The notes under the pieces are model-generated. The model made no database searches and was not told where the DNA came from. It saw only the letters and a list, made by a program, of their open reading frames with translations. From Ophelia neglecta (Eukaryota), in NCBI GenBank assembly GCA_965285935.1, contig OZ260664.1:23932001-23996000 (forward strand): a stretch of 64,000 nt of DNA. The letters are read 5' to 3'. The translations under genes and the position numbers were made by a program. Numbering within the stretch: the stretch's first letter is position 1; each line of letters opens with the position of its first letter. This document shows positions 53,231-64,000 of the stretch, piece after piece.

Positions 53231-56200
53231 TCACGTTGGTTGCAGTGTTGCTGGAAGCTTTCTATGATCATCGTCGTTCATCACTACGAAGGAAAACAAT
53301 ATCATGAAGAGGATATGCAAGTATATATTAATGTAGGTATCACAGCGTTTGTTGTCTATACCTACATGGCATATGGATCATGTACAACAATTATTCTTAA
53401 AACAAAACTAATGTGCTTTTCTAACTGCGACTATTATTTTCTAGTTGTTGGGGGCCTTTTTTCGCTCCAAATATGTCCAAAAACATTAATTTCAAGATAT
53501 TTTGGCACGCAACCCCTCCAGTTTCCTAATGATACGTCGTAGTTATTCTATAGATCTATATATAATAATATCAAAGCATCGTATTAATATTAATATTTAA
53601 CCAAACCCATGCGCCTGTTTCTGAAGAATAAAGTACACTGGTTTCGTCGACAAACATCGTAGCAGTAATAACAAGGTGTTGACATCGTGATGCTAAATTT
53701 GCACTTAGAAATACAATCCCAATGGTTGGTGTCTATGGTTAAGATCAAATTTTAACACTGCTCGAGTTCTAATAACTTTTAACACGGACGCTTCCCAGTG
53801 CCGAGCGGATTTTTTCCCCAATTTGTGGGTATACACTTTATTGTAGACAGTAAACCGGTGATGGCCTCATGTTCCATCTATTAACCCTATGTCCAGGAGA
53901 TAAGAAAGTGACACCGCAAGCATCACCAAACTTGAAAGCTTCTAATAAAATTGGTTCTTTGAACAATACCTTAACTTTATACTTATATAAAGTGTTCACC
54001 TCTGTTTAATTGCTTTTTTCCCGACCTCTGTACGAGAATATCCGTAATCCACAGTACAAAAAACACCACTGTCAGAGCCAGACCTGCATAACCCAGCGTG
54101 GCAACATCGACTTCAATTATTTGAAGAAATCTGTCTTTTGCTACAATGTTACTAGCCCACTGAAAAAATGAAGTAAAATATAAAATATCACTCATGTGTT
54201 ATTATCCCACTTTTCCCCCTACGAAAAACCATTCTTACTACAAATCGGAGATGAAAGTGATGAAAATGAATTATATGTCTTTAAAATAGTTGCAGTTATA
54301 AAATGCCAACCGACTGATCCATTCTGAGCTCGTCCATATCTACAAAAGCTTGAAACCTCATCTTTTCCACAGTTCTAGACATACAATCTTTCACTTCAGA
54401 GTTCAGGTCCCGCAGCACAATGCCATAAATGGTTGGAAATTGCTTGTCGGTCGTGATTTTAATATTTGAAGAAGCAAGTTGCTTTATGACACTAAACTTT
54501 TGTAGATGATCCAACAGCATAAATGACCCCTTTCCAGACGAGGAGGCCGTGTAATTAACTACCATGCTCCGAAGATTGTTATAAACTGAGAAGGTAGTAT
54601 AGACTAATGATTTCAATCATCTGATCAACTTAGACAATATACATAATCATGTGAGCAGCATTTGTCATAAATAACGAACAATACAAATGTATCAGAGCTT
54701 TTCATCTTGTATACAGAGAGGCAAGTGTCATATATTTGAGAAATGCACTATATAGAGCCTAATGCCATCGCCGGTTTATCATATATCACACTTGTCACAC
54801 TTTGAGAGTATTGGGACTCATTTTTGCAAAACAAATCCCAATCTACGAAATATTTAACAAATGCAAATCGCGCTAGCTACCGTCATTGTCCAAATACATT
54901 CATTCGCATGATATCTACTCACTGCAATCAAATAAACCCTGTCCGTCTTATACGCCGTACTCAGGAAAATAAAAAATTCCGATAGGGTCGCTCTGTGAAG
55001 ACTTTATGGGCATTGATCTAATTCTTTTGTATATAACTTGTAATGTGCAAGCATAAATGTTTAGTAAGGGTTTTACGCACTAAGTTTTGTGAAATTTCGA
55101 TTATTCTGTGGACATTTATGACAATAAACTTGATACTATCATGACTATTTGACTCGAGAATAAACAGACTATGGGTTACATAGTGTGATATCCAACTGCC
55201 ACAATGCAATTCAATTGACCCAACTGGTTTATTTTCTACAATGTCAACATTTGTTCCAGACTCGAGAATTTTTGCTTGGCCCAACACAAACTTTTAGTTA
55301 CAAAAAATGGGGGGAGTGCTCACCGTGAATGTTCGCGCCCATTGCAATGGCATATATCATTTCTTCTGTTCCGTTCAATACATCTACCTGAAGTTATGTA
55401 ACGGTATTACTACATACATGTTGATCAACATGTAATACACCATCGCATACCAAGGTGTCTGTAACGTTTCTACTGTTTACTCCGGGAGCGACGATGGAGG
55501 GATAACGTTTACTTTTGTCAGCTTACATCTGAGCCAAACGGTATTTCTCGGTCCTTTGCACTGAGGTTAAGGCTGGTCGTGAGACAAGCGGTGAACAAAG
55601 CCATCAGACCAGCCCCTATCAGCATCCACACCACACCAAAAACTCGGGCTACTACGAACTTAGGCTTTCTATCACCATATCTGAAATGGAGAATACTCCT
55701 TTGGGGCTTCCTAAAACATCGCTCTGTGCATCAACAATGAGGCACACGCACACACTACTCATCGGGAATAGTCAGTTTATCCTGTATTCATTATTAATAT
55801 GCCTATATTATAAAACATCAGACTTAGCGTAAAACATAGTTAATTTGGGTACCTAAGCTTGGTCTTTGATGTTTGTCTCCTTACGTTTTTCATTTCGGTT
55901 TTCAAATAGCCAGTTCTTAACTATAATTGACTGAACTATAATATAAATCAAACTAGGCAATGATAAACGGATCGTACGTTAACCTAAGCTTGATACCAAA
56001 AAGTGATGCACTCATGAATGTTTCTCCCACTATAAGTCCTAACAAAAAACGACCCAGGACTTACCCTACAGTGGTAGCAGTGACAAATGCCCACCATAGA
56101 CCTTCTCCAAAACCATTTAGAAAAGGACGTGGAAATTCTACGGGATTCTTGCGACAGTCCTAAACAATATTATTGTCAGCCTTAGATTATTTTTGTAAAC

Positions 56201-58241
56201 AGGTTCGTAAAAGAACATTCGAATTATGTTAAACTAGAAATATCTAAATCTTATCTTTGAAGCCAATACAATTAAACTTAAACATTTTAATGGTTGAGAG
56301 TTAGCATTATGTTTAGACGTAAACATTTTTATGCGCAAAAGAAGAAGTCAGGAGATGTCCATAACGTTTGATCTGATAGTAATCATAAGGGCTTAGATGA
56401 AGTAATCAATTGTAGTGGGGGAATGTTACGTACCAGGGCCCACATGACAATACCTGCCATGCCACAGGCGAGAAGAAGGATGCATAGGATTGGCCACATC
56501 ACCACAATCAGCCCAAGCAGGCCTTGGGAATTGTCGGCACCGTTGGCCGCTACCTGGCCGGCGGTGGATAAGAATGTAAAACCTGGAAATACACAGTCCT
56601 AATCAAGTTGGGTGCCGGACAGATAGGAACAAGATTTAGCTGGAAATAAAAAAATCACTGAAAAACCATTGGTTTTGATGGTTACATATATGGAACAACT
56701 AGAAATTACGAACCCTTTGGAGTAAATTCTAACTTTGTCCAGCTTTGCTGGCATTCTGGCCATAAGCTGTAAATGTTTTTATCGTGTAAACTGCATTTTA
56801 TATTATGTTTGGTCGATTTAAAAAAAAACTGATATCAAACTTCATGAAGTCCATATGTAAATAAACATAGTAGTTGATGAGCCAATGGAAAAAAATTGGG
56901 AATCAAGTATAACGTGACCCGACAGTAGGCTAGAACGGTTGTGGAAAACCATGAAATCAAGAACCATATTATAATAAACGCTTGTTAACTGGTGATTTAC
57001 AGTGGCATGGGATTCAAGTAGTACTGAACTCAACACCAACTTGCTCTGTCTTCCGGGTATCCAGTCCAGTTTTAAAAGTGCTTAATACAGATATTGACCG
57101 AACACGATATTCGAGTCGGCTGCATGGCTCGTGACCATTACAAACCCTCTCTGAATAACTAGCCCGCACGATAATTCCCCCCTAGTTAGTTTCACCGCGG
57201 ATAAGTATTGCACTAAATTCGCCTTATGGTCACAACAAAGGCTACCGTGCATGTTGAAATTAGTTAACCGGTAATCTTAACCAAGATTTAACCGACAATT
57301 AATGCCGCAGGATACTTTGGTCAGTTAAGTTATTTACTCTGTAGTACAGCCAGCTACCTCCCAATAGTATCCTCTTTTCCCTGGACAACAAAGGTGCAAC
57401 GGTAGATATGAGAGGTTTACAACGAACGTGTGGTATTATTATAAAACAAACTTTAAACTTTAATGTTGTTATAGACAAGCAGTACAGACTTTTTATAATC
57501 TGATCATCGTATAAAGATGGAACAGCGTAGCTGTTAGCATTTGACATTTGTACAGCTACTATTTATTTCGTTTTAATATGTTCACGAATACTTCTTGAAC
57601 TTTTGTGGGTAGTCTTGGATTCGCACGTCAACTAGGTATTTCATTAATAAACTTTATGCATCGTGTTGCTGAAGACTAGCTCTATAGCTGAGGTACTTAG
57701 CTAAGCTTTCATTGCATTTATTGCCCACATACTATATCAACCGTAATCATTTTCTTTTCTTCGATCCTCGAATAAAAAGTAAACGTATTTATAGATTCTA
57801 TGTTACTTGGCTTCCAAGAGAGAGAAGTCCCATTCAACCATGTGGTTGACAAACAACGTGAGCCCTACATTTTTGCCGCTCATTTTTGCATGCAAGATAC
57901 GGGACTACCGAAAACTCACCAGGACTCTCCATAACTGGCAAAAACACCTCGGCTCCTTGGACATAGGTCTGGAGCCTCAACAATGACTTTCGTATGGGGA
58001 AGACGAAGCTGACATTTCCGGGAGTGATTTCCAAATCTCGAGGGTTAGTGGCTGGGTAGCCTGTCCCAAGTTCGGCACCAGCCTCGCAGCAGACGTCGAT
58101 GAGACGACGAAGAGTATTCGTAATGACTCCGGGGTTGCACGGAAGGCTGCGGGGAGCATTCAATGTGTCATTCACAATGCACACCAAAGGAGGGAGATTC
58201 ATATAAGCATAGCTGAGCTTCGAAATGTTAGAGCAGGCCAT
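53231..58241 (-). CDS. Ligand-gated ion channel-like protein with iGluR topology (S1-M1-P-M3-S2-M4) and K+ selectivity filter TTVGYGD (GluR0/AvGluR1-like), ~423 aa, 8 exons
   Basis: Exons 58241-57920, 56582-56434, 56159-56065, 55680-55527, 55387-55324, 54585-54311, 54159-54000, 53283-53231 (1272 nt, phase-consistent). M1 WPILCILLLACGMAGIVMWAL; pore EGLWWAFVTATTVG|YGDRKP; M3 ARVFGVVWMLIGAGLMALFTACLTTSL; S2 VDVLNGTEE...YGIVL; M4 LGYAGLALTVVFFVLWI. Start and last exon are less certain. Confidence 0.87.
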
Positions 58242-59028
58242 TGCCTCTTAAAAAGTTAGCACATCAAATCCCGTTATTCCTTGGTATACTTATAACGCTT
58301 CAATCATTTCGCAACTTTAGGTCGGAAGTCCATTTGTATACATTTGCTTCCGGTGGGTGTCAATGTAGAAGGGTTTGATTTAAATACCTATGCCTACTTA
58401 AAGGGCGTTCAGACAGTCCACCAAAACAATGACACATAATACGTGTCGCTATGAAGAAAACTGGGGATAAACAATGCGGACGAACACTGAATAGCGGCAA
58501 TGGTGAATTTAAACCGATACTTACAGGTCAAAAATGGATTTTTTTGACAGGGTAATTCCTATTGATTTGAGATAAAATATTATATAGTGATAAAGGCATA
58601 AAGACCGATCGATATCAGATGACCGGAGAGTATCAAAACATGTGATGTGACACTCTGGACACGCTGTTGATAATATCATTATTCTCTTTTCAATTTTTCT
58701 AATGTTATGGTCATAGGCTGATTGGTACTCGGATCAAAGTAAATAATGAAAACTGATGAAATCCGATATCATGTTATAAGTAAATTAAACATTTTTACTT
58801 CTCCCTAATGATATGTAATAAGTCCCAATAACAGTAAATAATAGTAAGTGTCCACTCCGTTATCTATCCAGTCAAGTGTATAAAGGCACAGTCAAATTGG
58901 ATGGTTTGAATAAAATTCAGTATAGGGATTTATCAATGCTTAAAGTATCCCTGAAATGAAGTTTTTAATAGAACCATTGTGTTATTTCGCCCTTTTAAAG
59001 CGATTTTGTCCACTCCTTATCAACAAAA

Positions 59029-59232
59029 CCCGTAAATTCCACAAACCCTCAATTTCTTCCACTGAATATGGGTCAAATGCAGTCTCGCGGTAAATTTCAG
59101 CTGAGCCCATCATTGGCTGAAAGTTTGGTAATAAAATTTTAAAATTATTTCCCAACATTTCAGGAAATGAGGGGCTCAGCTCATGTTTAACGCGGCCTGT
59201 ATTTCCGGCCTGGAGGTTTTGTAATTTACGGG
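59029..59232. repeat. Imperfect ~200-bp palindrome (fold-back MITE-like)
   Basis: cccgtaaatt / aatttacggg at the ends; agctgagccc.tcatt..ctgaaa mirrored by tttcaggaaatgaggggctcagct around an AT-rich centre. Confidence 0.75.
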
Positions 59233-59595
59233 ATTACTTGGACCAGCGTTAATAAAAATATTTGGTTAAAAGAAAGTATCTATGGGGAAGGGATTATTCT
59301 GACAGTTATATTTTCGAAGGATTCGAAGGAAAGAAAACGGTTCCTGTCATGACTGACGCTCTTTTATATACATATATGCACCAAAAATACAGTATTTTAA
59401 CCATGCTGTGCCCCCCCCCCTACCCCCACCCCGTCTAGGATAGATTCAAATGCGCGTGATCCATAAACGTCCCTGAGGCTTGCGGTTACTTTTACATAAA
59501 TAAATGACTCGAGACCTGTCGCGATTTAAAAAAAAAATTCAATTAAGTATAATAGGTACAAACTTGCTGCTCTGAAGCCTAGCGATCAGGTGACT

Positions 59596-59817
59596 CCCGG
59601 AGGAGGCGGGGGGGGGGGGGGGGGGGGGAGAGGGTCACCACTCTCTATACCTGTTAGTACACATGTGCCGCGGCAGACCCCCTCTTTCGCCATATGTTTA
59701 CCCCATTATTTTGGGGAATAATACATGATGTAGAATTTTGACCCCCTTTTTGTGAAAAATCTATTTCTATGTTGATGGGGCACATATGTACCCACTTCAA
59801 TTGCCCCCTCCCCCGGG
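59596..59817. mobile_element. Poly-G MITE of the CCCGG(G)n family
   Basis: cccgg-(g)n start, catgtgccgc...gacccc internal motif, ccccctccccccggg-like end; no matching TSD. Confidence 0.55.
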
Positions 59818-61465
59818 ACCATATTACAGCATTACCTAAGGGTGACCATCCATACTAAACACAAATAAGAGATATATGTTTGCGCTAAAAAAACAAAATT
59901 GACTTATTATTTACACTTACCCGCAATATAGGCCTACCTATTTTTAACGCTCTCCCGCAACATCGCACAATGGCCCGCATTTCGGCGATTTCTGATTATA
60001 TTTCGTTTTTGGTGCATTTTAACCCAATTTAACTTTACTTTTGTGGACTCCAGCTTCTAAGCCTTGTACTCTCAACGCAAAACTTCTACTTTGAACACCC
60101 GATACATTAAAAAAAACAAATCCCCAGCAATGCCGCTGCCAGAACTTGGCAGCACTGCTTTGAACAGGGACAAATCTCGTATCGATAGGCTTAATGCGGT
60201 ACTCACCCAAAGAAGGTTGGTCGATGCATCTGGACCCCCCCCCCCTTCCCCTTCCCCCTCCCCCACCCATTCCCGGGATGTGGACTTTCTCGGCATTCGT
60301 GCGAAATAATACCCTGAAAATATGATCATCCTGTTTCCTCCAGACAGGTTTTGAAATAATTGAGACTAGAGCCTACATATATACGGAAGACACCATGTTT
60401 TCGTTTGGTGATTCAGTGCTGAGCTCTGCACTAAATTGTGTTAGCCTCATGCAAATATGATTGCAAACTCTTGCTCGTTAGACAGTCTTGCACGTCTTGA
60501 CTTGTGACGTCGTCTCTTCAGGATGCAACCTTTTGTGAACTTAAATGGTGAGGTGACCTCCATGAGTTCCATATCGGAGTAAAGGTTAATCTTAGTTTAA
60601 TTATCTAAAGGACTGGTGTTACTTTCTCACGCAAATAAAATAAAAATCCTATCGGTTTACCTCAGCCAGTGACTTAAGTAAAGGTACAAACGAACAAACA
60701 AACCCAATGACTGTAGCAAATTTATTTCTAATTTCAGTTAGTTTTGTATTACACACATTCCCAATAAATTGGTTATGTTGAAATTTTTCTAAAACTTTTA
60801 TTTGTGTTGTTGCGTCCTTGGCATATTTCAATAGGAATATTGTAGCACAATTCTGAACAACACGAACCACATTTAGTATTACTGTGTTCTTGTTAGATTT
60901 CTAAGACTTTTTTTATCAAAATTCTCAACAACACAGACCACACTCTGCTACATAATTTCGTAAGCAATTGATAATGTAACTAGAATACAGGTTAAGATTA
61001 TTATCTTTTTCAAATACCAAAGCGCGTTTACCCATATGCAAGCAGGGTCATTTTTCGGATTGTAGCAACTCTTTCCATACTACACAGTAGGAATATTTAA
61101 TTGTGAACTGTCGTTATTGACTTTGGCTATGAGATGAGTAATGTTTATTTCATGCAGAAATGCCTGGCAGGAGGAAACATACATTGATTTATTTGCAATT
61201 TTCATTTTTTTAAGAAGTCTTTTATTCTTGCATTCAACTTATATATTTCTGTTTGTTTCCATGCTATTTATTAAGGAAATGTTAGGTATGGTACAAGCAT
61301 TATTTTTCCAGGATAACTATAAGCTTTTGATACCACAGCTAGGCTTTCGGTCGGTCTTCATCAAGCCATGCTAGTACATCAAATGTTCAGTCTGGCTATC
61401 CAGATGAAAAATATGCCGCAAATTAATCACAGAAGTAGGCCTAGCCCTTCTTCAAGTTATGGTTA

Positions 61466-63634
61466 TCACTTGGTTTCACAGGGTGTCAACACGTGTACAT
61501 GGACCATCATTTTCCAGTTTTGATCCGAGTCTTCCTGGCTGTCCACGCCGCCTTTTGTTTCTTCACCCTCCCCTTGAACCGGGTCCTTCCAATCCGCATC
61601 AGAGTAGTCAGGACTATTGTGGTCCAGACCATATTTGCACAACTCTGCCTGACAGTTCATCTCTGTCTTTGTTTCCTTTTCCTCGCCATCTTTACAAGGA
61701 CAATCCTTTTCTAAAGCTAACGGTTGTTCACATAAGCCGTGTCCGTGTATCTCCTTATAGTCACTTTCATCTACAAACTCCTCGTGGATCAACCTCTTCA
61801 TATTGAATCTTGTTCCCACTTGAAAACATTTGGCGATCACCTCCTCTGGCGTGCCTCCTGAATATAATTTACATAGTGACTGTCCCATTCTGGCTTAGCT
61901 TATTAGCGTTATATTTTATATAGACTTTCCTATATAAACTACTCACCTTCCTTTGAATCGCCGTCAAACGTTTCCAAGTAATATCGACAATCAGGTTTCA
62001 ACATGCCTTCACTTAACATCACTTGGGCAAATCTGAATCAAATGCTATGTATGAAACTGGTATTTAGTAGAATGTGTTTGTACCATTAGTGGGTCTTTTT
62101 GTCTGATCTAATGATTAGTCATCCTTTATCATCTACTATGAAAATAGAATATATTACAGTGATCAATATTGAGACCTACAGAGTGTTCTTACTTTTCTTG
62201 ATCTTCTGGACAAGCGGCGCCAAACCCTCCTCTGTCCCACACTGCATCGAATCCACTTTCTATGTCACTGAAACAAGATTCGTCCCCACACACTACAGAA
62301 GCCTATGTATATTTTAGATTTAATGCTTAATGAATATAATAAATGTTCATCCTAATTATCCTATGTATGCTGTGTTTACCTGTTAAAATCCAAGAAGTCA
62401 CACACGTACACCCGGATTTGTTTGTCTTCGGACTGGTAAATATAGATACTTCTTAAATAACAGACCATCATTATTGCAAAATAATAAATTTGAAACTCTA
62501 AACCACAACAACTTAGAGTTTAGCCTTTTAGCATATGATATGTTTGACATTCTAGTTTCTTGTTATTCAATCTATAAAAAGCCACATACATACTATGTAC
62601 ACTTTTCCCTTAATTGGTGACAGTTCCTTTGCTTCATGATGCTTATAATGCTGGGCAAAGAATTGTTTCGCTCCAATTTCCACTGCCTCAACCCCTACGA
62701 CTTCGTGTCCTCTGTCTGCGAACCTGAAAATTATACAAGTTATTATGTAAATATCACTAATAAAAAGATCAATGCTATTTCTGTTAGGTCATGCACGCTA
62801 AATAGTTTGGACTGATATTTATGTACTTGCTAACCATTTCATGTGCACATCCTTTCCACAAAAAGGAAATAGTATCTTCACTTTCTTCTGTCCAGCCAAA
62901 AGATCCTCATATGTGTCCGTCACATACCTGGAAATTGGACGATGCGTTTATTCACAGTCTCTTGTGCTAACAAGCGAAAAGTTCAAACCTATAGACATAC
63001 AGTAGTCAAACATTTATTTTGTCCGCAAAGGAACTCTTGCATAGTTGGCGTATAATAGTATTAGCTTGAACAGTTTTAGCATGGCTCTCCGAACACAAAT
63101 CTTTACCCTTAACTTTCATTTATGTCAGTATGGTCGATTCCGGATAAAAAATTACATGCTACTTATTATAGGCCTACATTTGGCGCTTTTGTCTAACTAT
63201 TTGTCGCCACATTTTCGAGTATGACCCTATGTTACAGTTGAGATAAAGATATAGATAGACTAGTCGTTAAAAAAGGGCACTGTGTGGCCTCAATCTCTCG
63301 TTTTCCATTTTTTGTTGAAACTCGGCTATTTCTGTGAATGTAGAGTGTGGTCACAAATTTACAGGCATTGGAAAATAATAGTTTGTTGGTTTTTCTTGAT
63401 GAACTATACATAGGCTTGAGTGCAGAGTATACATCTGTTCAACTGTGTTTATGCTAGGCCTACCTGTGTGGTTTGGAGAAATTCCATATATTGTCCTGTC
63501 CTTTCTCCCACATTTCTCGCCAGCCAGAGATATCAAAGGGTGGTTCTTCGACCATTGTTTCTTCAATATTCTTTTCTACCCTTTCAGAACAGTCGGCAGA
63601 AAGATTTTGCTTCTGTCGATGGAAGAAATACCAT
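61466..63634 (-). CDS. TPMT: Thiopurine S-methyltransferase family SAM-dependent methyltransferase (5' end uncertain; first in-frame ATG at 63555 gives 306 aa)
   Basis: Exons 63634-63464, 62927-62835, 62723-62594, 62432-62380, 62267-62193, 62032-61947, 61857-61466. Motifs WREMWEKG, ILFPFCGKDVHMKW|FADRGHEVVGVE, VYVCDF, FDAVWDRGG. Confidence 0.92.
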
Positions 63635-64000
63635 CTACATAACTTAAGTATTCATCGATTTATTGTTCAAAGGGGGCACATGGGGGGGGGGGGCAATGAT
63701 TTGGGATAAAACTTCGGGTATTCATATTGGAGAAAGAAAGTGGCTCAGGTTCAGGCATCCGCTCCTGAGCCCCCCCCCCCAAAAAAAAAGGATTCACGAT
63801 CTAAGACATAGGCTATGAGGTCGTGCGAACCCCCCCCCCCCCTCCTCTCTCCAAATTCCTAATGGTGCATCCCTTAATCTATACTGCTCATCTGCTCACA
63901 GTGCTTTAATTACTTTCCTTAATAAGCACTTGTACTTTGGGAATACTTTCTATAATTCTTAGCGGCCTTAATAAAATGTCATTCAGATAATTTGGTCCAC

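Noticed and set aside
60480-60530. Hammerhead ribozyme-like CTGAAGA-stem on the minus strand
   Set aside because: The GAAA core is absent and stems I and III cannot be formed convincingly.

Overview
AT-rich, intron-containing animal DNA, most likely a marine invertebrate (lophotrochozoan-like by repeat style and gene content; an inference). Hand-splicing gave six protein-coding genes: an ASCL3/4/5-type achaete-scute bHLH gene (+), an intronless class A GPCR (-), a 7-exon secreted serine beta-lactamase/PBP-like gene (-), a 6-exon two-Ig type I receptor (-), an 8-exon channel with iGluR topology and a canonical K+ filter TTVGYGD (-), and a TPMT-family methyltransferase with a large acidic Cys/His loop (-). 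There is also a decayed paralogue of the beta-lactamase gene. Intergenic and intronic DNA is rich in mobile elements, several with exact TSDs: Mutator-like (9 bp), PIF/Harbinger (TAA), Tc1/mariner (TA), an 8-bp-TSD poly-G MITE, Helitron 3' ends, and a Gypsy 5' remnant. The Gypsy gag is interrupted by a 266-bp CACA...TGTG element with a 5-bp TSD (Transib/RAG-like). The best candidates for novelty are the GluR0/AvGluR1-like K+-filter channel, whose filter is split by an intron and is invisible in the ORF track, and the Transib/RAG-like mini-element. All gene models were spliced by eye, without transcript evidence or database searches.
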